A stretch of 64,000 nucleotides of DNA from contig OX597833.1 in the NCBI GenBank assembly GCA_951406725.2, forward strand, positions 60,760,001 to 60,824,000. The letters are read 5' to 3'. This document shows positions 1 through 11,450 of this stretch, one piece after another (the stretch's first letter is position 1; each line of letters begins with the position of its first letter). A program made the position numbers and the translations under genes. Below the pieces are notes generated by a model. The model saw only the letters and a list, made by a program, of their open reading frames with translations. It searched no databases and had not been told where the DNA came from. Source of the stretch: Octopus vulgaris. Lineage: Eukaryota.

Positions 1-645
1 GGAACTCAATCACTTTGCCTCCTTGAGGCCCAGTGCTTGAAAGGAACTCAGCCACTTTGCCTCTGTGGGGCCCAATGCTCGAAAGGAACTCAGTCACTTT
101 GCCTCTGTGAGGCCCAATGTTCAAAAGATGTTTTTTACGTGCCACCAGCATGGGGGCACTTGGTTTCACAGGTCCTCTCAAGCACAGCACATTGCCTAAG
201 GTCTCGGTCACCAGTCATTGCCTCCTTGAGGCTCAAAGTTCAAAGATCATGCTTCACTACCTTATCCCATGCTTTCCTGGATCTACCTCTTCCACAGGTT
301 CCCTCCACAGTTAGAGCTCAGCACTTCTTTACACAGCTGTCCTTGTCCACACACATCACATGACCATACCAGCGCAGTCGTCTCTCTTGTTCACCATATC
401 TGATTCCTCTTATGCCTAACCTTTCTCTCAAGATGCTTACACTCTGTTAAACATGCACACTGACATTGCACATCCAGTGAAGAATACTGGCTTAATTTCT
501 TTCAAGCCTACACATGTCCTTGGCCATGCAGCATAGCTGTTTGCACACAGGCATCAGACAATCAGCCTTTCACTCTGAGAGAGAGAGGCCCTTTGTTGCC
601 AGCACGGGTAGGAGCTCTCTGAACTTTGCCTAGCCTAATCTTATT
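1..645 (-). mobile_element. RTE-clade LINE 3' fragment (end of RT ORF plus 3'UTR with ~42-bp tandem units)
   Basis: The reverse complement of 520-645 matches the RTE ORF at 55630-55760 (RIGWTKFRERLPLLVTKGLSLRVKGRLYDAC). The AAAGGAACTCAGCCACTTTGCCTC tandem units at 1-125 recur at ~1423-1515. Confidence 0.75.
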
Positions 646-905
646 CAATGTTGAATGTAATTAAGGAATGTAAATAAAAATTTTTAATAATTTAGCTAGC
701 ATATCTGTGTTGTCAAAATTGCTGACTGTTTTATTAAAGATAGAAAATGCCATTATCAAAACAATGAGAAAAACTATTGATAAATGTTACTTCACTTGAT
801 GGTAAATAATTATTTGCTCTTAACAAATTGGGCTTCTAGACTACTTGTCTAAACCATGTTTTCTTTCCTTTTCTTTCTTACTTTTATTTATGTTATATGT
901 TCTTG

Positions 906-1326
906 ATAAAGTAGTTGTATGCTGTCAACTTAATTTGACAGTCCCATGAAGAGAATAACACTACTGTTATTTAGCCACTACTGCATAAATCTCTCTGAGA
1001 GATTTAGAAATGCATCATTTTTATTTTTTAAATCAGTGAATGTATTTCACTAAAATAATTATATGTTTACAAGGGCTAGATAGGCATCTAGCATCCAACT
1101 AGCAGGCCATGCTACTCCAGACTGAAGACGAGCAATGACTCAGAAACTAGTCTCTGAATGCTGGCTTAGCTGGGTGGAGGTGCTTATCTCCCCCTTGTAA
1201 ACATAAGGACGCATGAGATGTGTCAAGGCTGACAGGAAGTGGTACTGCTTCCTAGGGCTAAATAGCAGTAGTATTATTCCCTTCATGGGACTGTCACATT
1301 AAGTTGACAGCATACAACTACTTTAT
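906..1326 (+). mobile_element. Element with ~70-bp inverted ends carrying a hammerhead motif; probable Penelope-like remnant
   Basis: 906-976 (ATAAAGTAGTTGTATGCTGTCAAC...TTAGCC) is the reverse complement of 1256-1326. An internal minimal hammerhead is present, and the right end abuts (TA)n. Confidence 0.6.
1118..1156 (+). ncRNA. Minimal type I hammerhead ribozyme
   Basis: CAGA-CTGAAGA-C-GAG-CAATGA-CTC-A-GAAA-C-TA-G-TC-TCTG: CUGANGA and GAAA cores, stem I CAGA/TCTG, stem II GAG/CTC, palindromic CTAG stem III and a GUC cleavage triplet (cut after 1152). Confidence 0.7.
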
Positions 1327-1339
1327 ATATATATATATT

Positions 1340-1422
<83 letters not shown>

Positions 1423-1525
1423 ACCTTGCTTCTGTGAGGTCCAACACTCAAAAGGAACTCAATCACTTTGCCTCCTTGAGGCCCAGTGCTTAAAAGGAAC
1501 TCAGCCACTTTGCCTATACATATGT

Positions 1526-1826
1526 GGAGGCGCAATGGCCCAGTGGTTAGGGCAGCAGACTCGCGATCATTGGATCGCGGTTTCAATTCCCAGACCGGGC
1601 GTTGTGAGTGTTTATTGAGTGAAAACACCTAAAGTTCCATGAGGCTGCAGCAGGGGGTGGTGGCAATCCCTGCTGTACTCTTTCGCCGCAACTTTCTCTC
1701 ACTCTTTCTTCTGTTGGCCTGCTCGCTTAGCCAGCAGGCTGGCGTCATTTGAAGGCTAAAACAATGTGAAGTGCATTGTGACCAGCGATGTATAGCAACA
1801 TCTGATAGCCTGGTCGGTCACGTGAT
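1526..1826 (+). mobile_element. tRNA-derived SINE, head C plus tail 1
   Basis: Pol III A box TGGCCCAGTGG and a B-box-like GTTTCAATTCC. A near-identical copy lies at ~30095-30405 (+). Confidence 0.8.
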
Positions 1827-1837
1827 ATATACATATA

Positions 1838-2058
1838 AGGCGGCGAGTTGGCAGAAACGTTAGCAAACCGGGCGAAATGCTTAGTGGTATTGCGTCTGTC
1901 GTTGCGTTCTGAGTTCAAATTCCGCCGAGGTCGATTTTGCCTTTCATCCTTTCGGGGTCGATAAATAAAGTACCAGTTACGCACTGAGATCGATGTAATC
2001 GACTTAATCCATTTGTCTGTCCTTGTTTAGCCCCTTGTGGGTAGTAAAGAAACAGATA
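1838..2058 (+). mobile_element. SINE family B (Deu/Nin-like core)
   Basis: GGCGGCGAGYTGGCAGAA head, B box GAGTTCAAATTCC and core GCCTTTCATCCTTTCGGGGTCGATAAA..AGTACCAG. Other copies (approx.): 13568-13770(-), 19281-19517(-), 25232-25461(-), 32395-32625(+), 32737-32952(-), 33400-33630(-), 36964-37250(+), 39193-39428(+), 46048-46306(+), 46740-46940(+). Confidence 0.85.
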
Positions 2059-2283
2059 TATACATATACATAGATCTACGTATATATGTGTGTGTGAATG
2101 TATGTTTTTGTATACACTCATACATATGCATACATATTTATATGCATGTGCACTCATATGCATATGCCTGTGTGAGTGTGTGTGCATACATGCATGTTTG
2201 TTTACATTTCTTAGATTGATGGAACCGGTAAAATATTTCATTCTTTACTAGGAAAATGAAATAGTTTGAAAACAAAAGTGATT

Positions 2284-2670
2284 AGGAGTGGCTGTGTGGT
2301 AAGTAGCTTGCTAACCAGCCACATGGTTCCGGGTTCAGTCCCACTGCGTGGCATCTTGGGCAAGTGTCTTCTGCTATAGCCCCGGGCCGACCAATGCCTT
2401 GTGAGTGGATTTGGTAGATGGAAACTGAAAGAAGCCTGTCGTATATATGTATATATATATGTGTGTGTGTATATGTTTGTGTGTCTAGCATTACTTGACA
2501 ACCGATGCTGGTGTGTTTACGTCCCCGTCACTTAGCGGTTCGGCAAAAGAGACCGATAGAATAAGTACTGGGCTTACAAAGAATAAGTCCCGGTGTCGAT
2601 TTGTTCGACTAAAGGCGGTGCTCCAGCATGGCCGCAGTCAAATGACTGAAACAAGTAAAAGAGTAAAGAG
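2284..2670 (+). mobile_element. SINE family A (~390 bp, tRNA head, internal (TA)/(TG) tract, AAAGAGT tail)
   Basis: A box TGGCTGTGTGG and B box GGTTCAGTCCC; many near-identical copies in the window. Confidence 0.85.
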
Positions 2671-2772
2671 AATATTTAATTTCCTATGTAGATTAATATG
2701 TTCATGTGTGTGTGTATGTGTGCTTGCAAGTATGTGTGTGTGTGTGTGTGAAACTGGATACCTAAAGACAAT

Positions 2773-3197
2773 TACTCTCTTACTCTTTTACTTGTTTCAG
2801 TCATTTGACTGCGGCCATGCTGGAGCACCGCCTTTAATCGAGCAACTCGACCCCGGGACTTATTCTTTTGTAAGCCCAGTACTTATTCTATCAGTCTCTT
2901 TTGCTGAACTGCTAAGTAATGGGGACATAAACACACCAGCATCGGTTGTCAAGCAATGCTAGGGGGACAAACACAGACACACAAACACACACACGCATAT
3001 ATACATATATATATATATATATATACATATATACGACGGGCTTCTTTCAGTTTCCGTCTACCAAATCCACTCACAAGGCTTTGGTCGGCCCGAGGCTAGA
3101 GTAGAAGACACTTGCCCAAGGTGCCACGGAGTGGGACTGAACCCGGAACCATGTGGTTGGTAGACAAGCTACTTACCACACAGCCACTCCTGCGCCT
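2773..3197 (-). mobile_element. SINE family A, full length
   Basis: Reverse complement of 2284-2670. Further - copies at approx. 20588-20977, 23623-23785, 30555-30699, 33070-33657, 45298-45726, 49368-49505 and 54435-54728. Confidence 0.85.
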
Positions 3198-4306
3198 AAT
3201 TCATAATAAAAAATTTGCCGTTTTATTTTAGAATATCAGAAATTTAAAAATGAAAACTTCCTGCATTTAGCAAGTGACTGCCACTCACGTTCTATTGGTT
3301 GTTTCACTTTCCACCTAACTGCAAGGTCGATGAGATACACATTGTGCATTATATATGTAAGATTGCACGATAAAATTTCTCTTCTTATCTTGTATCTCTT
3401 ATGCATTTTTTTGGCATCTTCTACTGAAATTTTGCATAGAACTGTGATTTTATGTTGGTAACGCTATTCATAATACTTGTTTTCAACTGAGAAAACTGGA
3501 GCAATGTGAAAAAATTACAAGCAATTTATTTTTTAATTACTTTCAATACTAGAGTTGCATATTTCGACAGAAACAGAAAGGCAAAAAGGATTAAAGAAAA
3601 GCTTATTTCAATTATGACCAGAGTTTTATTGACCATTTACAAATCTTGAATTTGGGATACATGAGATTTCATAACCAGTTTTCAACTACCCTTTGGATTA
3701 ACAATACTGTGTCAGGAATTTGAGACGGAGAAAATGTGTTTATTATGAAATTTATTGAACACCAACAGGTAACAATTGTTATTAGCATTTATCTTCAGGT
3801 GGTAAAGTGACAGAATCATTAGCATGTTGGACTAAACACTTAGTGGCATTTTCTCTGTTTTCAGGCTCTGAGTCCAAATTCTACTCAGATCTGTTTTGTC
3901 TCTCGTCCTTTTGCCGTTGATGAGATAAGTACCACTGGGGGTTGATGTAATCAACTAACCCCTTCCTCAAAAAATAAACTAAAAAGGATTATTAGTTTTC
4001 ATCTTTAAGGAAAAGACTTAAGGATTTAGGGTTCATGTCAACATAAAATCCTCAAGAGTTCTTGTTCCACTATGCAAACTTTCCAAACTTGCTTGTGTCA
4101 GGGGCTCAGCATCGACATTCCAACTCATATGTATAATTGATTAATCCTCTATTGGCCCCTATGTTCATCCCTGTACGTTTCCCAAACCTCAGTTATCATC
4201 TTCTCTCCCTTGCCTCGTATTTTCTAATGCTCACGTATATTTCTTTCATCTTTTACTTGTTTCAACCATTGGACAGTAGCCATGCCGGGGCACCACTTCA
4301 AAGGGT

Positions 4307-4796
4307 TTAACCCTTTTGTTACCATATTTCTGTTGAGATGCTCTGTGTTTCTTTCAATTAATTTTAAACATAGTAAAGAATTTAATAAAATAACTTAGTT
4401 ATCATTCAGCTATTGTTAGGAACATAAATTGACTAAGGTTTGGTGGAAGATTTTAATTCAGGACTTATGAAAACAAGACATTTGTACTACAGATCCAGAG
4501 GAGGTTTCAGCCGGGTTGGTATCGAAAGGGTTAAGAATTGTTTCTCTATTATATATTTTAACCTTTTCATTACTGTATTTATTTTGAGATGCTCTGTGTT
4601 TCTTTCAATTAATTTTAAATATAGTAAAAAATTTAGTAAAAGAACTTGGTTATCATTCAGCTAGTGTTAGGAACATAAATTATGACTAAGGTTTGGTGGA
4701 AGATTTTAATTCAGGTAATTCAGGACTTATGAAAACAAGACATTTGTACTACAGATCCAGAGGAGGTTTCAGCTGGGTTGGTATCAAAAGGGTTAA
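4307..4796. mobile_element. piggyBac-type MITE family 1, tandem dimer
   Basis: Two ~220-230 bp units, each TTAA-CC(C)TTT...AAAGGG-TTAA (4307-4534 and 4558-4796), inserted at a TTAA inside a decayed SINE A. Confidence 0.85.
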
Positions 4797-5521
4797 ATCA
4801 AACAAATTGATAAAACCATGTACTTATTTTATATAAAAAACGGGAGTGGCATTTGTGTCAACAGGAAAAGGATAGGCTGAAGACCGTTATGATGAAATAG
4901 AGGCATATCATGCACGCCCATACACCCACATAGTATATTTTAGTCTTTCCATTTCTTTCAGTTACTCTTTCTTCTTCCCACCTTCACCTCATCCCATGCC
5001 AAGAAAACAATATATGTACAAATCTCATTGAATTCCCTCACACCTATAGGTGTAACTCAGAGTGACAAGACACTGACTCGGCTAAAATAAAATATATTAC
5101 TAATTTCTATCATGGGATTGGGTACGCTTTTTCACTCATCTTCTAATAGTTTATATATATATTTATATTTATATATGTTGCAATTTCATATACGCATGAA
5201 GAAAATTTCGTGCTTGCTTGCGAATGTTGCTAAGATAACATTTTTTTCCTGCTGCTCTGCTTTACACCATTGAGCACCAAAGTCGAAACACAGATAAACC
5301 GACTCTCAACGCACACATATACGCACATACAATACATAGATAAGCGAATGTGTGTCGGACTGTAAACACAAAATTTTTACTGAGACACAGAGACATAGAG
5401 AGGAGAGAGCAAAAAACACACCACAGAACAAGGAATATATTAATTGTGTGTAATAATTCTCTTCTTCTCCACATGACTAATTACTTAGAAATTACTCTTT
5501 AGAAAGAAGGGAGAAAAATCT

Positions 5522-5552
5522 GGAATTTGCCCTTCCTGTTTAGCCAGGAAGT
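5522..5552. promoter_or_regulatory. Candidate promoter motifs: kB-like site and two ETS cores
   Basis: GGAATTTGCCC (rc GGGCAAATTCC, 5522-5532), CTTCCTG and CAGGAAGT lie in a transposon-free block with relatively frequent CpG. Confidence 0.35.
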
Positions 5553-5559
5553 CTAACGA

Positions 5560-5800
5560 GAAGCTAGTCTCTTGTACTAGGCATTAAATAACCCCTATTT
5601 TCATAAACTTGTTGAAAATTAGTCGGTTGCATTAAGGAGCAAGATGTTCGAAGATTCATACGGTTCCATGTGAAAGTGTGGTTGCTTTACCAATCCAGGA
5701 ATGAGAGGCAAAGGTTCATAAAAGCTGTGAATAGGTTTCTGCTTTCCTTAACAATTCCTATTAACATAAATAGTGTTGTGTGTGAACAGTTGATTTCACT
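5560..5800 (+). other. Putative non-coding first exon of the TRAF gene
   Basis: Unique sequence ending at a consensus donor CT|GTAAGT (5801). The ATG exon at 29492 has a splice acceptor, so an upstream exon is required. The start coordinate is a guess. Confidence 0.35.
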
Positions 5801-6450
5801 GTAAGTATTATCACCACCACCACGAATAATCTTTTTATTATTCCATTTAAACAGTAATTCCTAATTATATCTCAATTCCTTTTATTACCATTTTGTTTTT
5901 TCTTCCTTCTATTTTTATTTTTTTGCCTTTTAATATAATTTTTCGTTTCGAATTTATATATATTTTTCTTGTGTGTGTGTGTGTGTCTGTGTTTCCAAAA
6001 GGAAGAGGAATAAAAAGAAAAAAAAGCACTTACCTTAAACAATATGTATATATATATATATATATACAGCTAGATATACGTATATATATATGCATGTATG
6101 TATATATTCGCACACACACGCTTACATATATTATTTCGATCTTTCATACTATTCTGTTTTCTTTCGTATGCCGTCATTACTTCGCTATTCATGGTCAGTG
6201 ATCGGGGTATATATACGTGTATGTATGTATGTATAAATGTATCTAGTTTCTTTAAGCCATGACGGCCTATATACACACACACACACATATATATATATAT
6301 ACATATATGTATATATATATATATGTGTGTGTGTGTATGTATATGTGTGTGTGTGTGTCTTTTTATAAAAGGGCTTCTTGCATTTTGCTTTGAATGAATA
6401 TAGAATCATCTGTTTCATTACTCGCTTTCATGTTCTCAACGATTTTTAGT

Positions 6451-6460
6451 GGGATTTCCC
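6451..6460. promoter_or_regulatory. Consensus NF-kB site GGGATTTCCC
   Basis: Exact match to GGGRNNYYCC near the putative 5' end of the TRAF gene. Confidence 0.45.
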
Positions 6461-7575
6461 CTATTTTATTTATAGGTAAAAAAATTTCCAGTTTTATTTT
6501 AAGTAACGAACTTATTTATATTTATTTTTTTTGCCGTAGATTTATTGTTTTTATTTTCTCGTCTCTATTAATTCAAAGTAAACAATTAATTCTTCGCCGT
6601 TTTTTTTTCTTTTCATATCTTAAAAAAATTAATTAGGACTTAAAGCATTTAAGCCGTCTACTCATTTGTCTCTAGTTAATAACGATCCTTGAGAACAATT
6701 GCGTATATATATATATATATATATATAGATAGATTTATATAGTGTGTGTATACACTCTCACGCGTATATATTCTTACTCTTATAATAATTTTTTAAAAAT
6801 TTATTATTTAATATACATCTGTCGGATTATAGATTTCAGTCCTTATTCACCCTTGATCGAACAGACCTATGATCAAAGGTTTTCCAATCGTGACCCCTCA
6901 GTTCTTTCTTTCACTTTCAGTATATCTAGGGCAACATTCTGCAATCTTTCCCTTTTTTTTTTTCAAGATAGTAGGGTGTAACGTGACTGAAAGATTTGGC
7001 TGCATTTTCTAGCAGGCCGCGCGATCACCTATCGTTTCTTCCTCGATGATTCGTCTTAAATAATGTTTGGTGGTTTTTTTTGTTTTTTTCCCCCTGTGTA
7101 TGTGTGTCTGTTATTCTTGCCTAAAACATCGATTCACTAAATATCGAACTCAACAAACGTATTGATGACTTCCGTTTTGTCATTCATTTAAAATAATTTT
7201 TTTTTTAAATATTTGACGAAAGGAAAAAAAATCCGACCGCCTTTTATTTTAAAACGATATACATCCATTCACGTTTAGGAGTTTACAAGAATACAAACCA
7301 AATTAGACTGTTCCCTTTCGCGGACCCCTTTTTTCCTTACTTAAAACCCATCGAATAGATGAATCTGGTATTGGAACCAACTGACTGACCCCACCCTCTT
7401 TTTTTTTTCCTTTTTTTTTTTCCCCCTCTGGGTAACAGAATTCAGAGTATTTAATATAAGTACTGAGATTTCAAATAGAACCCGGTAACTATGTAGTTGC
7501 AGCAGTAAGAACCTATTTTCTTGAATTCCGATGAATTTTTCCTCGTTTCGGGAAGTGGTTCTGGGTGAAGATTTT

Positions 7576-7584
7576 TTCCCGGAA
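7576..7584. promoter_or_regulatory. STAT/GAS site TTCCCGGAA
   Basis: Perfect TTC-N3-GAA. Nearby are CGGGAAGT (~7549) and kB-like GGGGAAACCT (7716-7725). Confidence 0.35.
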
Positions 7585-9399
7585 TTTATTTCTCTTCCTA
7601 TTCTGTTTTTTCTCTCTCTCTCTGCAATATAAAATCCATTTGATTATCGTTGTTAATTAACAAAACATTCTTTTTTTTTTTTTTTTTTTTGGATTAACAT
7701 AATTGCACTGCACGAGGGGAAACCTCGATCTTGCTAAAGATAGCAGTCAAATCTCAAATCTTTTGGATTACACGCTACAGTGTTAAACGAGAACGATCAA
7801 TCTAATCTTTGATATATGAAATTGACGTGATGGTCATGGCTGGGACGCCTTTGGTCGTAGGTCTGCTCGACAACAACAATAATAACTGCGATAGCTCTGT
7901 AGTTGCTTCCTTCTGGAACATTTTTGCTTTTCTAGCAGTTGATGATAATATTGCTACGTTTGTAATGGGATCGATCCCTTTCTGTACTCCCAGATGGACA
8001 TGGGGTATTTTTTGTGGCTGTATATCAGTGAGAAAAATCAGAGAAAGGGGGAAAAAAATGTTTTTTTTTGAAATGATGTCTCTTGTAATATTTATTTTGT
8101 GCCAACTGTCACCTCCATCCACAGCTGCCTATAATAGAGGGCTTAATACCAACACTGTTCCTTTTTTTTGTCCTTACAATTGAGCATACCCTCTCTTACA
8201 TCAACATCACTGTCTTGCTAACCATTCCAGCACTTCTCTCTCCTTGTTTATGCCTCCACTTATAGAGCCCTATTTAAAACTTTCTCATCAAACCCAAGAA
8301 GCAATATCTTCCTGATGTCTCTGCATTTCACCTGTAACAGCTTCATCAGCATTAACTTGTGTCTGGGGATCTAATCTTTAGTGAGCGATTGAGCCTCTTC
8401 ATTCTGATGGGTGCAAAGGGTACCAGTGCCTGAGCTGGCTGTTCTGGCCAAGGTCACAGTATAGAAGAGCCGGTGGCAGGGCATTTATTATAGGTGAAAG
8501 TTGACGAAAAAGTGTGAGTTTCTCTTTGCTTTGAAGACGCAAAGAGCGACAATAGCAGCACCACATGTGAGATAAATTCTTTCTGGCTCCTACAAGGTAG
8601 CTTCTGTTACCCAGTTGAACAAAATTAGCCATGAAGGAGGGTGTTAAGAAAGCATGGGGTGGAATACATTCAAGGAACAATTACCACTAGTAGCAACAAA
8701 ATGATTCTCTCTCTCTCTCTCTCCCCAGTGAAAGCCTGATTGTATTATATCTTTGGTGCAAAGTGCAGTGTTGCATTATAGCAAAATATGTGCATTGTGT
8801 ATGGAGGATATATAAAAGGTTGGAAATAAATGAGGTGAGCTTACACCAGTGGGTGTGTAATATTAAGTGTGTATGAATGACCAGAGGAAAAGCTGATTGT
8901 TAAAGAAAGAGGGTGTGGTGTACAAGAGAGATAAGACTGAGCCTCTACAGACATGTGATATAGTGCGGAGGAAATGTGATTGGCTGAAGTAATGCCAGAA
9001 CCGGCAAAAGAGAACACGGGAAGAAGTGGCGGAAGTGGATCTCGAGGGGGATGAACCCTGTGAAGAAAATGACTAAGGAACGTGATCAGCTGTTTAGCAG
9101 TTTGATTGAAGATGACTTGTCAAACCTGTGTCGGGGAAAACCAGACATAAAATATGATGATGATGATGATCTGTGTGTGTGTATACATATCTATATATAT
9201 ATATAGTAAGAGGAGGGATATATCCAGGCAGGTAGCACGTTACTCTATGTAAAGTGCCAAGCCTGGTTTCTTCTGGTGGTTCATTCAAAGGTATATTTCC
9301 TAAAAACTACCATTCGATGTTACGGTTTATTTTCTGGCTACTTAGAGTGTAGAATCACAGTAAGTCTGATTGTTCAAATTCTTCATTTTCCTTATTATC

Positions 9400-9443
<44 letters not shown>

Positions 9444-9446
<3 letters not shown>

Positions 9447-9676
9447 TCATCATCATTATTTAACGTCCGCTTTCCATGCTAGCATGGGTTGGACGATTTG
9501 ACTGAGGTCTGGCGAACCAGACTCCAATCTGATCTGGCAGAGTTTCTACAGCTGGATGCCCTTCCTAACGCCAACCACTCCGAGAGTGTAGTGGGTGCTT
9601 TTACGTGCCACCGGCACGAGGGCCAGTTTGGTGGTACTGGCAACAGCCACGCCCAAATGGTGCTTTTTACGTGCCT
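9444..9676 (-). mobile_element. RTE 3'-tail element (family E), 5'-truncated
   Basis: (CAT)n plus the rc of GGCGTTAGGAAGGGCATCCAGC. Other copies approx. 10667-10986(-), 20042-20365(-), 21641-21942(+), 22861-23240(-), 23785-24010(+), 30805-30967(-), 40320-40700(-), 43666-43919(+), 44342-44490(-), 50025-50372(-), 60487-60588(+), 63452-63738(+). The link to an RTE ORF is visible at 56646-57462. Confidence 0.8.
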
Positions 9677-9918
9677 TATATTATATCTTGTGTGTTCAAA
9701 TAAATGTATTACTACTACTGTTAGTCCAACCCATGCCAGCATGGAAGACAGACGTTAAATCATGATGATGATGATAAGAGTAGGGCTTCACATGGATTAT
9801 CATGATCCAATCTGCTTCCAGTATAGTGGTTAAATAATTCCCATACTAAGTAGTGCTACTAGTTATGAAATACAGAGTAAATTTAGGAGAGATTAAGACA
9901 AACACAGGTTTATATTAA

Positions 9919-10063
9919 TATAAGGTTGTCCCAAAAGTTCGTAGAAAGTCTTGGAAAATAATGGTCTTTATTTAGAGGAATAATTTTTATTGTTTTTGTT
10001 AGTACTTGGCGAGTAAAAATTCAATTTTCGCAAGTGTTTACGAACTTTTGGGACAACCTAATA
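9919..10063. mobile_element. Tc1/mariner-type MITE
   Basis: TIRs AGGTTGTCCCAAAAGTTCGTA / TACGAACTTTTGGGACAACCT, flanked by TA. Confidence 0.7.
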
Positions 10064-10289
10064 GTTCTTGCATATATTTCACTATAACGGTTGCTTGGAA
10101 CCCTGCACTGGGTGCTCCAAGTGTTTTTAGATGCGTAACAATAGAAGTACCAACATTTCTTACTTTCTACAAGGACCATATCGGTCATTTGTAACCGGTG
10201 TTGAAAATCGTTATTTAATACAATTTATTTTGTTAATATAAGCTGATGCAGTGAATAAAGGATTAGAAAATACAATCTTTTAGCATTTA

Positions 10290-10657
10290 CTAGCACTATG
10301 ACCCGGCGTTGCCCGGTCATAGTACTAGTGCACGCATATGCAGCTGCATGCGTGTGCACATACATGCGATTACTGTCCAAATCTCCGACCAATCACATCC
10401 AGCTAGCTGGCATTTAATTGGTGTATCAAGTTTCAGGCATTTTTATTGGGTTTTGGATAGAAAATTCACAAAAAAGTCACTTCTATTGATTTTTTAATGA
10501 CTTTGCGGGGTGACTGGGGAAATGTAAAGATGTGCATGACCACCCTTCGATGGTTTTGAATGACCATAGAAACTGCGAGCCCTCTAACTGAAAAATTGTG
10601 GATTTGTATAAAGGACACGCACACAGACAGACATTTTGCCGTTTATATATATAGAGA
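10290..10657 (-). mobile_element. Non-autonomous Helitron family H1
   Basis: 5' TC-(TA)n start, 3' palindrome ending CTAG, inserted between A and T without a TSD. Copies: 15903-16267(-), 18555-~18925(-), 26174-26543(+), 27443-27807(+), 59827-60167(-). Confidence 0.75.
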
Positions 10658-11227
10658 TTTATATACATCATTGTTTAACGTCTGTTTTCCATGCTAGCAT
10701 GTGTTGGATGGTTCAACTGGGGTCTGGGAAGCCTGGAGGCTGCGCCAGGCCCAGTCTGATCTGGCAGTGTTTCTACAGCTGGATGCCCTTCCTAACGCCA
10801 ACCACTCCGAGAGTGTAGTGGGTGCTTTTTATGTGCCACTTGCACAGGTGCCAGACGAGGCTGTCAAACGGCCACGATCGGATGGTGCTTTTTACGTGCC
10901 ACCAGCACGGGGGCCAGACGAGGCTGACAACGGCCACAATCGGATGGTGCTTTTTACGTGCCACCGGCATGGAGGCCAGTTGGGGCGAAAAAAGATATAT
11001 ACAAAAAAAGATATATATGAAATGATGCTCATGATTTCACATTCAATACAGTCATAGAAATTAAAAAGTAAAAAAGGAAAAGTGGTTATAAATGACTGCT
11101 CGGTACTTCTAGTGTTAACCAGAACAGATGATCAGAGAATTCTTTGTTGCTTTGGGTTACAGAGAACTTGTGTCTAGAGCTGACACTAGCAATAAAATGT
11201 TTCCAGATTACCTGTTCTGGTTAACGA

Positions 11228-11450
11228 AAAACCTGGCTGGACAACGAAAAACGTGGCTGATGACAGTCAAGGCTGATCTGGAACCCAACCTAGGCCCCTA
11301 TATCTACGGCGTTCACCGATGGAATAAGGAGTGGTTGGAGATCACGTGGTCATTAGCCTCAAATCGCCAGGTCTGGTCGGCGTTTGTGAGAGATGCAGCA
11401 TTGAGGATGAATGAAGCCAGCTCAGCCCATCCTGGGTGAATACTGTCTCA
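11228..11450 (+). mobile_element. RTE-like LINE C-terminal fragment (second family)
   Basis: RKTWLMTVKADL...ASNRQVWSAFVRDA is a typical RTE ORF end. A related fragment lies at ~17490-17660. Confidence 0.65.

Noticed and set aside
1526-1600. tRNA genes at SINE 5' ends
   Set aside because: A/B boxes are present but there is no complete cloverleaf, and each continues into a SINE body.
7802-8183. Antiparallel ORFs of 106 and 124 aa
   Set aside because: No recognisable domain, low-complexity tracts and no clear splice framework.
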